From: Camelus dromedarius
Lineage: Eukaryota
Assembly: GCF_036321535.1 (NCBI RefSeq)
Contig: NC_087436.1
Coordinates: 94,986,001-95,050,000, forward strand
Direction: 5' to 3'
Length of the DNA stretch: 64,000 nucleotides
Positions within the stretch are counted from its first letter, which is position 1. Each line of letters opens with the position of its first letter. This document shows, piece by piece, positions 11,330 to 26,300 of this stretch. The notes under the pieces are model-generated. The model ran no database searches, had not been told where the DNA came from, and saw only the letters and a program-made list of their open reading frames with translations. Position numbers and translations under genes: made by a program.

Positions 11330-14300
11330 CATGACTGGGGCATGATGCTGCACACCAGAAACTGACACACTGTAACTGACTATACCTCAATAAAAAGAAA
11401 AAAAAAAAAAAGAAAAACAAACAAGTAATTTCTCTGAGTATTAACTTAGACTTTAGAACTACCTCTGTTCTGGATTTTAACTATACTATAAAATTAAACA
11501 TTCCCTCTGTTTTCTTATATTTAATTAAGAGATGATTTTACTATATTTCTGCTATATATTTTGATATTGGACATAATTGAGAGATCTGTTTTACCAACAG
11601 AATTGTTTTAACAAAAACAGAGTAAGTGTCATGATGGAAAAATGAAAGGCCATACCTGGGTCCACTCATTTGTCTGGGGATCATAAGCTTCCACTGTATT
11701 AAGGTAAGTCTGTCCATCATACCCTCCGACAGCATATAACTTATCACCAAGTAAACACACCCCCACAGCATCTCTGCTGATGCTCATAGATGCCACTGCA
11801 GTCCACATATCTGTTTTGGGATCATATCTGAAAGAAAATTTTAGAACTGGAACTGACATTGTTCCCACAATGTTTGACATAAAAATAGTTTTGTCCTTTA
11901 ATCCTATCTTATGTCTTACTATCTGCTATATAAAGTACATTTGAACATAGTTTTAGAGAAAAATATCAATATTCTCCTGAAAACTTTAACTTATAATTTT
12001 GCATATGCATAACACTTAAACTAGTAAAAAGAGCTAATGTAAATGTTTACAACTGCTTTAAGGTTTTAGGTTGCCTACCAAAAATTTGAGGAAACCATTA
12101 TATGAAGCTCCAGCTAAGATGACTTACAGTCTCAAACATTGTAACTCTCCATTTTTGGAGTTTCCTATTCATTTCATGAAGTATGTTAAGTAGAACTGCC
12201 CAGAATTGTCTGTCTAAGAGCAGAAACATCATGCTAAGATGATCTATATTGCTTCCAATACTTCTTGTATCAGTGAACAACTTTTCACTGGGTGCAGCCT
12301 GCATTTTATGGCACAAGGTATTTAAAGACTTCCATATTTTTTTTCCTGGATTATAACAGGTAACAAGCATAGTCTGAATTATTTTCTCCTGAACACAGGT
12401 GAAATGCATGTGTAACTTCCCCGCTTTTTCAAAAACCACCAACCAACTCTACTTATCATTTCATAGAAAGTACCTGTTGTCATCAGCAAACCTTCATTTC
12501 ACTTCTTGTTCGGTCATTTATAATTTATTAAATAATATAACACACACATTCATTAACTTCCCACTGCTCTTTAGAGTCCAAAATCCTTAGTAAGGCTGAA
12601 AGACTCTACATGGTCTGCCCCTACCTCCTCTCACTCCTTTCCTGCCACTCTCTCCATCACTCTGTTCTCTAGTGACAGTGGCCGCCATCCACTTGACTGA
12701 ATGAAGCATTCCTTTTCCTCTGGAGTGTTCACACATGCTCCTATTGACTCTACCTCTTAAATCCCTTCAGCTCTCTCCATTCCATTAAACACAGCAGATG
12801 GGAGCCTGAACCGCTGTCCAGAGCTTCCAGTGACATCAGGCTCTTTACCTGGCCCTATATTTGAGTTTTGAACAAGGATGACTTGTTCAAGTTTTTAAGC
12901 CTTATTAGCCCTTCATTTTGTTATTTCATGTTACCTCACTTTATATAAAAATATGTCAGAAGTGTCCCTCTCCTTTTCACTTTTTATTTGGCCTCTAGCT
13001 CCTAATTCATTTGCTGTGAAATTCATCAAACTCCTTTCCTTATTAGGTACAATGTCCAGTACAAAATAGGTACACAATAAGTGTTTGTCATATGATTCGA
13101 TTAATAAATTCTATAAGCAATTCTAAAGTTTGAGAGAAGACTCTGAACAGGCTGCTGGAGACAGACCGAGAGACGGCCTGAGCAGACAGAAAGCACGATG
13201 TTTACAAAGCTCCTCAGGAACCACCTTGCCCATGGTGGCTGCTCAACAAAGAATACCAGTTTGTGTGGAAGTGGCAGAGGCTTATATTTGTCTTTTTATT
13301 CCTAGTTTTCCTTCACAGGAATTTACCTCTCCACGCAGTCTGAGAGTCTGGAAGTCAAGTTGGACGTGGGAGCATCATGGCCTCCGATAGCATACAGCAG
13401 TCCATTCCAGGTCGTGACACCTACTCCCCCTCGCCTTTTTGACATTTGTGCACAGAGTGTCCACTTATTAGTATGAGGATCAAAACATTCTACTGACTTG
13501 AGACAAGAACTTCCATCACGACCACCAACTGCATAAAGTCTGTAAAAAAGAACAAACAGAATGATAACTAAGAGACAGTGCTTTTGTTATGCTTAAGACA
13601 GAGGTTATTATGGTATTTAACTGGATTTAAGATGACGTCAGTTAGAAGATACACTGTCAATTTATGTGACATTAAGAAAGGTGTGTCACCAATTAAGCAG
13701 CACATGTATATATCATATATTATTCTGTACAGACATAAAAAAGATAACAAACTCACATGAAAGCAATGACAACTTTTTCACAGCTGCCATCTGTTTCACA
13801 TGCTACCATTGACTGTAAAATGCATCGCAATTTTAGAGATGTTAAAATGAGTCTTAGAATAGATAAAATATGGTGTATAAATATACCATGGCATTTCTTA
13901 AATAGCTAAGATAGGACTTGGCGATAAAGGAAAGAAACTAACCTTCTTTGAGCACTTACCACAGGCGAGGCACTTTACATGCATTAATTTAATCATTACA
14001 ATGACGCTATGACAAACCATTTATATCCCTGTTTCACAGGTGAAGAAACTGGGGCTCGTGGAGATTAAGAGGCTTGCACATGGTCACACAGTAAGAAGCA
14101 GAAGAAGGATAAGAGTTATATTAATGTACAGTTGTACAGTCAACTGTCCTCTGGGATATACTTGTAACAGTAAAATATGAGAATAAAACTATAGACTGAA
14201 ATGTATTGATCTCCTAGGCAATGTTTAGGACATTAACACACTATATTATCTAAAATAAATATGTAAGTCAATTTTTGTAAATCAATTTTAATTCATTCTC

Positions 14301-17300
14301 AATCAATATACTGCACTAATTTAAAAGTCTTTTTATTCTGAGCTTAAAATATACATAAAATATTTAAAATATCTGAACATCTGAATATTTTTTATTAAGC
14401 ATAAAAATCTTATATTTGCTGCTTACTTGGGAAGCTCTTTGTAGATATTTTTTCTATCAGTTTTTAAGAAAGAATAACAAATTCAGTTCACTATTTGTAC
14501 AAAAACACATACATTTTGAATTTATGGATGCCTTTGTTAATGTTTAGTTATTTTTTATTCTCAAGAAATAATACTTCAACTATGTCAAATTTCTGCCCAT
14601 TAAAACTCTATTTATGATTAAATATACATTATTTAAAAGACAGATTTCATAATTTTAATTCATGAAGTACCTATGCCCCTCAACTGGTTCTTAAGATGAC
14701 CATATCTTAAACAGCAAAATATGGTTGTAGCAGTATTTTGTTCCAAATTTATACTGTATCAACAGTATGCAATTTGAAATTTATTTGAAACTTTAATCTG
14801 TTAAAAATTTTATTTGTTAAAACTACTTTTTGTGCTACTGTTCTTAACATTAAACTGTCCTCATCTTTAATACTTAGCAGAATAATTATTTAAATATGTA
14901 TCACAGAATATTAGAAGGTATCAATAACCAGAAGATGTCAATAACTAAAAATACATGTACACACACACACATACTATAATAGGCTTCAAGGCATCCTACC
15001 TTCTTGATAGCGAATTCTTCCTTGTGAAAAGTGGTGTAGTACAGTGATTAAGAGCACGAACTCAGAGCCCAACTCTCTGGGTTTGAATCCTGGTTCTACT
15101 GCTTATCACCTACTAGCCGTGACTGTGGAAAATTTATTTAATCTCCATCTGCCTGAATTACATCATCCATAAAATCTATAAGCCCTGCCTCACACGATTA
15201 TTGATGATCAAATTTAAAGTATTTTGAACATTGCCTGACGCATGGTAAACATGGTATAAGTGTTTAAGGGGAAAAATAAATCTGTCTCCACTGGCCCTCT
15301 TTTAGAAAATGGCATTTTAGGAGATGCTAAATGTACAGTGTTCATACTGAGCTAATGTTAAGGGCTAAAATGTATTATTGGTAACACTTCCTGATGAATC
15401 ATTATCTCATGCAATGGTTCTCAAACTGTATTCGAAGACTAGGACTCTGTGGAGAACTTGAGAAAGTCCCCAAAATGGTTCATTTGAAATTGAAGTTTAA
15501 AAAGTAGTTTTCATTTTCAAAAATATCACCTGGCTCAATTAAATGCCATGCAAGATTCAGAACTCAACTTTCTTCCCCAAGACAGTAACTACTACAATAA
15601 AAAGAGAGAGATTTTGTCAAATTGAGATAGTATCATACTATATATCTTAAAATAAGATTTAGGTCTTGCCTGACTTCAAAAATTATGATCAAGAATAGAA
15701 GTGGTTGGTAGAGATTCAGCTTAGAAAAAAAAATTTCTACAAACCTACAAACCACTTGAGCAATTTAACTGAAGAATTTCCTGAGATTCCAATTAAATCG
15801 CTCTAGTAGTTAAAATAACTATTTCCATTTTTAGCTTCTTAGAACTGTCAATCAGAATTTTCTTCATACTAGACAACAAAACCAAAACAAGATATAGAAA
15901 TAATCTTTGTTTTTTAAAACAGATTATTCTTCTACACTGATTTTTATAAGTAAACATTATAACTCAAACATGTGATAAATTTAAAATAAGCTTTTAATAA
16001 ACTTGAACTTCCATTTGCCTCAAGTATTGAGGTTTTTACAAGATTTCACTTGAAAGAGAGATTCTGTTGCCAAAGTACTTGCAAGCCAGTGGCTTAAAGA
16101 AGCCTGAGCAGTTGGAAATCTAAGTAAAGCTTCTTTCTGTCAAACATGGTAGGAATGCAACTTAACACTTTGAAATTTTTAAGATAAAACTTATAAAACA
16201 TCAAAACAGTTCTTCCCTAAAGAAACTACTATGTTTTTCATCAGGAAGCACTGTAAAGTAATTTAAAATAACAAAAACAGCAGTTAATCCAGGCTTTTCA
16301 TTTTACAGATTAAAAAAAATGAGGCACAGTGAAATGATTTATTCTAAATCACAAAGGACTGGTAGAGAGAAGATACAAAATTAATTTTTTCAATCAATGG
16401 CCTATTTTTAAAAAAATTAACAACTTCTATTTTTTCCAGATTCTGGATATGTACCCCAAAATGGAAACTAACAAAATATTTTAAAATATTGTTACTTTAT
16501 TTTAGAGCAAGCTTAGGAAAACGCTGGTTGATGGATTAACATATCCTCTCCTTGGAGTGATTAAAGCACCACTGCATCTGACTGGCACCAGGATATTCTT
16601 CAGCAAGGTTGCACACTTCAGACTTATGTGCTGGGTAGTGTGCTAGGTATCAGGAATAAAAAGTCAGACCAGGTCATGCAGGACCATGATCTGCTATAGG
16701 AGATGGACTAGTCAAAGACTACAATAATGGAGTGGTACATGTTGCAGTACAATTATACACAAATTATCTACAGTAAAATTGATGAGGATGGAATGGACAA
16801 TGAGTGTAGCAGGAATGAAAAGACAAAAGTGGGGATTGGAGAAGGTCTTCTGGAGGTGATTTTTGAGCAAGTTTCAAGGATGCTGAGTTTGCCAGGTAGG
16901 AAAGTGGGGGAACAACATTCTAAGACAGATGGTATGGGTTAAAAGACAACAGGAGTGTGAAACAATGTATTTTTCACAAATAGATTAGTTCTCCTGAGGT
17001 GTATTAGGCATGGGAAGAGGAGAGAGCAGAGGCTACAGAGGGAGACAGAGGCAAGATTGTAAAGGAGGCTTCATCAGATAAGCTACTGAAAGCTTTTAAG
17101 CAGGGAAGTGACATGGTCCTCTTTGTGTTTTAGGTAGAACACTAGGTGAGTCTCTAAAATGAAGAATGAAAGGGAGAGAGTTCAGGTTAGGGGCAAAGTG
17201 ACCAGTTTGAGAGATATCCCAATAGACCAGTTACAATCACAATGTAGGACAGACTGTACTCTCAAAATCAACTTACTGTTTAGTAGATAAGTATCCTTAG

Positions 17301-20300
17301 CTTCTGATACGATTATTAGGTTGTCTCAGAATTATACTCAATACATTGTGCTTCAGGTAGGTTAAAGACCGAAATATTGAATTCTCATTAGAGTGCAAGA
17401 AAAGGTAAGAAAGTAAGATACTTCTATGCCCAGAAGTCCAGGGTACTGTAGGTCTGGAAGTCAGGTTTTAGAGAATGCACTTACTCTTTTGTCCTCTATT
17501 AGAAATAAATATTTCTAGCCAGATACAGTCATTTTTTTCAATATCTATATTCTTTGGTGGCTGACTCTTCTACCAGGAATTAGGAAAGAGATGTAGTGAT
17601 GGATTTTGAAGTTATTTCTTTAGCTAAAACAAATGAGAGGAGGGGTACTGAGATCAGATGCATTTAAAAAATGGGTTTCTATTTCTCTATCATCACTTGT
17701 AAGAGTGCTAAAAAATAACAAAAATATTAGGCCCTGAGGAAACAAGATCTTAGGTCATAAAATATAAAAATATCACCAATATTTTCTCATTTTTCTTTTA
17801 ATAATCAATAACAATCTTACAAATAATTTTAAACCTGTATTTTAACCTTGATTCTTTCCTCTTTCTGGAAATGATGATAAAGTATTTTAAGTGAGTAAAG
17901 CTATGCAACAAACAACTTTTATTTAATAACCACGCAGGGCTTCATTTTTACGAAAGAGAGTCCTGCAAAAGAAACCATGTAGTCAGCCTCTGAGTTACCA
18001 AGAACTATTGGTGGTGGCTCTACCCAAATCTGTTTATTTACAGCAGGCAAGAGGCAAAAAGTACTTCTTTCTAAGTCCATTCCAGTTTTCAGCAGTTTAT
18101 TGAGATAAAAAGGAAGTAAAAGCAAGAATAAATCAGTAGAAGAGATGGAAGGAATTATTCAGGGAAACACGGAGAGAGAGTACACAACTTCTAAAAGACC
18201 GTAAACTTTTAGATTCAACAAAGACTAGTTTTGAGGGGAACTATCTGGGGGATTTTGGGAGTAGGGGTGAAGAGGAGAGCTCTTCATGACATATGAAACA
18301 CTGAGAGAAAGATGGGGTGAGGGATCATTTGAAGTTCTGCTGTACATTATACATGTAATGACTCCTAAGCATCTTAGAGAGACTATAATAAAGATTTTAA
18401 TTACTTTTCAAAAACAAAATAAAAAAGACCATATACTTTTAAAGCTACATAAACCACTGGATTTTGACTACATTGAATATTTTTATAAAATTTCGCCACT
18501 CAAAATGATAATTAGAAATTTATAATATCTACACATTAGAATGAAAGACTAACTTAATGTTGAGCTATTTATATTTAGAACTAGCATAAAAAGAGACTAT
18601 CTTAAAGTTTGTTTACATCACTCTGAAAGTATTTCTCTCATGATTTATTTCTATATATCTTTAAGTTGGACAGTAATATCGCTTGATAAATTTTTATTGT
18701 GTTTTAACTGGAACTTTAAATATTTCCTTACTTTCCACTGAGCACTGCCACACCTACTGTGCTCCTGGGAGTGGACATAGTGGCAACAAAATTCCACTGG
18801 CGAGCCTGAGGGTCCCATCTTTCCACTGTGTTCAGATAGCTCCAGCCATCATGCCCTCCTACTGCATACATAGGACCTTCCAGCACAGCCACGCCTACAA
18901 GGAGACAGGAGAGAAGCAATGACCTAAAAATCACATCTTAACTGAAATAAAAATACAACGAACTTTTAACATGCAAATTTAACTAAGCAAAAATTTATGA
19001 TAAAGATACCTGACTTCCTCATAGCTCTTCTCAGTAGGCAAGTGAGAGAGTGAGGAGGAAAAATAACACTGTAGCCCTGGTCTTAAAAGTTTTAGAGGAA
19101 GTATTTTGAGGTTCAACAGGACAAAGTTATTTAAAAAAGTATACAAGATGTACAGATTGCCATATTTAAAACACTTCTCAATCATTCGGATTTACAATAT
19201 ATTTGAAAACAGCAATTTTATTCCTTTCCCTCTTTAATTCAAATTCTTGAGATTCTGCTGTAGTTAGATTTGATACCACAATCTATTTGTGTGATTCATC
19301 ATGAGGCAACCAAGTCACATTCATTTGTTCATTTATTCAACAAATAGCTATCTATTGAGTTTCTACTAAGTGACAGATACTTAATAGAACATAACAGGTA
19401 AGGGCTCTACCCTGATGGACCTAATATTTTAGTTGGGAAACAGATGCAAAGTATATTTCAGGTATTTATAAGAAAAAAGGAACAAAATAAAAGGGTAGAG
19501 AGAATCAGGGGAGACCTCCCAGATAAAGTGACATCTGAACAAAAACGTGAAAGAAGTTAAGGACTCTAGACAGGAAAGTACCTGGGGGAAGAGGAGGTGA
19601 GGTAAAGGAAACAATATGTACAAAGGCCCTGCGGCTTGCTTAGGGTGTCTGTGGTACACAGGACAAGGAGGCCAGTTGAGTGCAGGGTGAGTAAGGGGGA
19701 GAGTGTAGGAGATGAGGGAGAAGGTGGAGTCAGATTATGCAGGGTGGTCAGGACTATTATAAGGACTTTGGATTTATTCTAAAAGAGATGGAAAGCCAGC
19801 AGAGGGTTTTGAGAAGAGGTGTGACACGATCATAGTCAGATGAGATATAAATATGTATCACTTGAGGGCCAAAATAAAAATTTTGCGACACAAATATATT
19901 TATTTTTGTGAAATAATGGCCAGATGAGATATAAATATTCATCATTCATGTAGGACCCAAACCAACATATTATTCCACTTATCTGTGTCTTACCAGTACT
20001 GGCTATGGGAGATCTATTTATCTATTTCCAAATATCTATAATATATATCCAATTATACATATATGTGTGTGTATGTGTATATGTGTAATTAATCAAAGGG
20101 CTGGAAGAAAGAGCCCTTTGATTAATTACATCTAATTAATGTGATTAAATGTCCATCTAATCCATCTAATCCAATCCTTTAATAGCAGCTTTGAAAAGAA
20201 ATTTTAGCAGCAGAACTACTTTTTCAAATGAAGTCTGAAGTAATTTCCAAGTATAAAGAGATAAAAGGAGTGTTTCTAAGTAAAACTTTATTTTATAAGT

Positions 20301-23300
20301 TCAAATTTAAAACAGTATTTATCATAAGGTAAATTAAGAACAAGGCCTGATTTGAATGGCACAAAAATTTGAAATAAAGACTTAAGGAAGATACTTTGAG
20401 CTATATGATCATTCTCCCTTGAACTTGGTGCAATTCAGTAAAGTCTTCTGCATGGTACCGAGAACTAATGATAGTATTCCATGCACAATCTAATCTGTGT
20501 GAGACATAGCTGGGTCATGGGGATGCTCATTCTATGTACTATGTCTATTATAATTTACATAAAGTTAGAATTGACTTTCTTTTCCCCATAGTAGGGGAAA
20601 TTCTGCAGTTGCCTCACATTATTGAGCCTGGATTTTATGGTCAACACAAATTTATATGTTTTGTTCATGCTGCTTTTAAGATACATCTTACCATTCTGTA
20701 CTATGTAATAGTTGATTTTATGGACTCAAAAGTAACGTTTTATAGTTTTCTTTGTTAAATTTCATACAGTTGATTTTAAGCTCCTCTCTCAGTACCTTAG
20801 CCCTAACTCTCTGGTTTTATTCCCTTACCTAACTTGAAACTTAAGACCATCTTTCACTGAAACCTAACAGCAACTAGTAGAATCCCTTGTCTCTTTGATC
20901 TTTTGCTGTACCCACTACCATACCAATCTTCATGCCTAGATAATTTTTTTTTTTTGGCTTTTTGGGCAACCTCTACTCTGGTGCTCAGTACTAATAAACT
21001 GAGTATAGTATAGAGCAATGCTATCCATACTCAACTATTCCTTCACTGCTACTCACCCATCTTTTAATTCATCTTTTATGATGACCTATCAAGTTCTTTA
21101 CTACAACTATTTTCAACCTTTTCCAAACTGTGATAAATTAACAATAGAGTCACAAATTCTTCCTTTCCCAGAATGCATGCCTATTTGCAATGTGACTCTG
21201 TAGGTCCTCCCATCAAGAGGAGGAGTCTATTTCTCTACTTTTTGAATCTGGACTTGCCCATGTGGCTTGTTTTGGCCAATGAGATGTTAGCAAACATGAT
21301 GCAAGCAGAAGCTTGAAAAGTCTTTGTGCATTGGGACTTAGCTTCTCTTGCTGCTTTTGAAACTCTTTGACTGTCAGCATGTCAAGAAGCCTGGGCTAGC
21401 TTGAGTGATTAGAGGCATATGGTCCAGTTGCCTCTACTGCCCAGGCTGACAGCCTGTCTACCACTACACATGTGAGTGAGGCCATTCTAGAGCAACTAGC
21501 CAACCAACCTGCCCACCCCAGATTCAAGAGAAAACCCCGCAGAAATCTTCTAAGACAGCCCATACCAGAAGAACTGCCCAGCTGATGCACAGATCCATGA
21601 GCTAAATAAATGGTTGTTGGTCTCAGCCTCTAAGCTCTGGAGTGGTTTGTTATGCAGCAAAATCTGCGTGATACACATACACTCAAGCCCCACTTAATTT
21701 TATTTTCCTCTCCTTCACTCTCAGTAAACAATTCCTTGTATTTCATCTATTCTTTCTCCTATGAGGAAAGAGAGGTCACTTGATACAAAAACCCTAAATT
21801 CTATTCTATTCATTTCAGAATAAGCATCAGTTCCTTGAGGGTAACAATAGTGTCTTCCTCATCTTTGTATATCTACAGAACAGAGAGCGCGGTATACAGC
21901 ACATGTTAATCAATGTCTACTCAGTCAATCATTGAATTAAAGAATGAAAAGTCTCTATCATTACATACTCTGTGCTACCTCAAAATTTTTCTGGGTTTTA
22001 TTCATTTCTGCTTAAAAACCAAGAGATAAAGACGAAACACAATAATGCTAAAGATTTTTAAATAAGCATTTCAGTGAGGTCAGATAACACTAATTGTCAA
22101 CACAGAACACATACATCAAAAGGTGGCTTGTCAGTCCATGCTATACCCCAATTCTTAAATATTCACGTTTTCACTTGTGCTGGTTGCACTTAATACCTTT
22201 GTGCACCTGCTTGTTTTCTCTGCTTCTACTTTTCAGATAACAGGCAGCATGTGAAGCAATGCTTGGTGACTGCTGCTGACTGAGCAGCTGCCACAACTGA
22301 TCTTCTGCCTGGTAAAGAATGTAAAATGCCACGCAAGCCTAGGATATGACATTATGAATAAATCTGCCATTATACTTACCAAGGCCATGCCTATGTGTAG
22401 ACATAGGAGGCATCACACTCCAAGTTTTTGTTTTGGGGTTGTAGCATTCTACAGTATTCAAAGTTTTCAGTCCATCTCTTCCTCCAACCACATACAGTTT
22501 GTCATCTAACACGGCAACACCGAACTGTAGCCTCCTCCCATTCATATTTGCTACAGGAGTCCACATATTTGTACGGAGGTCATACTTTTCAATGCTTGTT
22601 GCTCCTTGATAGTAATTGGTAGAAGTGATGCAAATACAAAGCTTACCATGATTGAATATTTTATGAAATTACACATACAGAAGTATAATTCTATTAGCAT
22701 TGACAATACTACTTCTATTATATTCCAATAAACCCCTGCATGATCTGGTCTCTGCTAATATCTCTGCCCCCATGTCCTACTATTCTCTAGAATGTACACC
22801 ATACTCTGGTATTAAAAGGTCAAGTGAGAAAGGATTATCTGTCAAAGGAGGCTCAGAAGCAGCAGCCAGAAATGGGAGGAAATCAGGGTGGTTTAGCATG
22901 ATGGAAGCCAAAGTAAAAAAATGTATAGCTGTTGAGAGGATCAAATAAGATGAAGACTAAAACATACTCCTGGATTTAGCTACATGGAGGTCATGGATGA
23001 CTTTAGGGGAAGTCCCTTGTTTGAGTGGTTGAGACATGATTGGGAGGTGAGAAAATGGAGACACTGAGCACAGATGATTCTTCTAAGAAGTGTGCCTATA
23101 AAAGGAAGGAGAGAAAGAAGAATTACTAGGTGGGTTGAGGGAGGTTTTGTTCTGTTTTGCTTTCAAAATTGGAAAAACTTGAGTTTGCTTAAATGTTAAT
23201 GGGAAGGATCTAGTAGTGAGGAAAGAAGCTGAAAATACAGGAGATGAAGGGATGCTCATTCACAGTGTGAGGTTCCTGAGGAGGCAGGAAAGGGCAGTGC

Positions 23301-26300
23301 CAGGGCACAGGTGAGGGGCTGGCTTTCATAGGAGGAGGGAGGGGACACACACTCTACTGCAACTGGGAAGGGCAAGAGCGTGTGGATCAAGTGCTTTGGG
23401 AACTATGAAAGTGGAAAGTTTAGGGAACAACTATCAGATGGTGTCTACATTTTTTTTAAGAATTAAAAGATCCAAGGAACTCTTTTATTCTCTTTATGAG
23501 GTTAGACCAGTGGAGTTAAGGGAAAAAAAAAAGACCCACTCCTTTAAAACAAATTTACCCAACCCTCAGTTATGAAGAGTTCCATCAATATCTACTTTAC
23601 TTCTCTCTTCCAAGCTTCTAATACAACATGCAATCAGTGACATTCTTATAGGATGACAATCAAGACAAACATTTATTCTAAGGTACTTGTTACAATTAGA
23701 TCATCAGAGAACTAATGCTATTGACAATCTCCTAAAATTTAGAAATACACACACATACACACGAAATATATTTTTTGTCATATATTATAGCTTTTATTAT
23801 TTTTATTTACTTTATACAAATTTTAAGTTACTTGGGATAAATACCAAGTCTTTTTCCATCTTCGCATTTCCATAAAATAGACTCCATTATACATAGTAGC
23901 TGTTCAAAAATATTTTTGAATTTGAATATTCTTTCTTTGTAATTTTTAACTATAATGAGATTTTACTCATACTCTTAGATTATTTTATGTAATGGTATAC
24001 TTGAATAATCACTCTAAACTTGACCTTCCTTCCTCCAAAAAAAAGGCAATGCTAATCATCTCTCCTCACCAATGAATTTAAAGAATATTTTAAATCTGAA
24101 TTTTAAGTTATTTCTTTTAGATATGGCTCACTAAGCAGTATCATAGTCTTATGAATGGGGAACTAAAGAGTCTTTTGCTAAATACCAAATATAATTTTTA
24201 AAGACATAAGATCTTAAAATATAGTCTAAAACATATATCTTAAAAATATAGCCTTAAATAACAAAATCCTAGGAAACTGCAAAATCCTATGTAAAAGTTT
24301 GGAACTTCCATAATTTATACTGAAGGACTAATCTTAAAAAAAAGTAAGCACAAATATATTCTGACTTTTTTAGTGGCTATTTAGAACCATTATCGGCTTA
24401 TTTGCTGATGTCTATACTAAACAGATATACAAAGGGACTAAGAACCCAATAATCTGACTACCATCCAACTAATGCAAATTGCTCTTCATTATGAAGACAT
24501 TGGGAATAAGATAAGTTAAGGCCTGGGAAGACAGTGTGAATAGGACAGAACCTCAGAGTTCTTGATTACTAAAAAGACTTAGAAATGAAGTGGGTCAAGC
24601 CACAAAGGCAGATTATAGAAAGTCTTGAAAAAGGAATTTACACCTTATGTAGTAAGAAATAGAGATTGCTGGAGTTTTTGAGCAGAGTAATGGCATGCTA
24701 ACAGAAGAGTTAACATTAGAGTCAAGCAGAGTAGAGTCTTCAGAGTCAAAATGCCTGCTTGAATCTTGATTCCATCACTAGTTGTGTGATCCTGGGAAAG
24801 TTAATTAACTTCTCTAAGTCTCAGTACCCTCCTCTATCCTCCCCTATAAAAGAGCAATAATACAGAGTTGCTAGGACGATGAAATAAAATAATGTAGGGC
24901 AAGGGCTTAGCATAATGTCTGACACCTAATAACAATATAATGAATGCTATTCCCATAAAACTAACATAATTAAAATTTGTGGGCTGATAGGAGGCTAACT
25001 GGAAATAGCAAGACGGCAGTGGAAATTTGGAAGAATAAGAGTCATTTGAAAGAAGCTACTTGGTGACTGTTGGAGTTTAAGTCAGAGAGAGGAAGACAAA
25101 GAGAGAGAGAGAGGAAATCTATACTGTTTACTTGGCTACTTAGTAGCCGAGTTCCCTTCCCATGCTTGCAGAATTTTTCACTGTATGTATGAGCTTTGGT
25201 GGGAGGCAGGAACAGGAACCTATCTCCCAGAAAACTGAAAAGACAGATATTCCTTCTCTTTGTCCTTGGAATGTTAGGGCCCAGGACTGACCTAAAGCTA
25301 GTCAAATGGATGCTTGCACCTGGAATTTAAAATCTAGTGGGGAGGGTATAGCTCACTGGTAAGCACATGCTTAGTATGCACGAGGTCCTGGGTTCAATCC
25401 CCAGTACCTCCCCTAAAAATGAGAAAAAAAAATCATTAAAAATAAAAAAGTTTAAAAAAAGTCTAAAGCAAGAATTATAAGGAAGCAGGGACAGTGGATG
25501 TAGTCCTATCCATTTTTCAGTAGCCTTCCAATAAATTCCTTGCCTGCTTAAATGAGTCAGAGTTGAGTCCATTGAAGAGCACTGAATTATGAGCCCAAGT
25601 TCTAAAGTCTGAGCGACATGGTCAGAGAAGATCTGGATACACCAAATTTGTGGTGGAAGTTGAACATCAAGCAGATATTTTATACAAGTTGGAAGTATGA
25701 GAATAAAATCAAAGTGAGAGAGTATAATTGATAAAGAGACAACAGTTAAAAGTCTTGAAAAACAAAAGGGAAAGAAAGAGGGAAAGAGGAAGCGCTAGTA
25801 ATGACTACAAAGCCAATCCCAGTTCCTGGCACAAAGTAGATACTTAATTTCTATTTTCAGACTGATTATCTGGATAGTGGACATCTCCAAAAATTTTCTA
25901 TAACTCTAGTCAGTTATCTTACTTTATATATTTCTGTACCATTTAGTCATCAAACCTATATTTAAAACTTAAGCATCTATACCTACCTAGCACTATGGTA
26001 TATGCTATATGGGATAATCACTATATCTATATCAATATCTCTGCTTTCATGAACCTGACAGTTAAATAACAATGCAAGATTTTCAGCTAGAGCTGCTATT
26101 TTTATATTCCTTAGAGATGTCACATAAAAGAGAAACCTTTAGAAATGATCAGTACATCAAGTGCTTTAGTCATACAAGTAATACAAGAGATGGCAGCGGA
26201 CAACCTTCATTCACTTGACAAATACTTACTGATGCTGTCTATGTACAAAATCCTGTTCTAGGCTATGGGAATATATCAGTGAACCAAACAGAATCCTTGC

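Noticed and set aside
11629..11655. Alternative C-terminus VWPFIFPS* by read-through of the exon-10 donor
   Set aside because: The donor CAG|gtatgg is good and exon 11 completes the last kelch repeat; nothing in the sequence supports intron retention.
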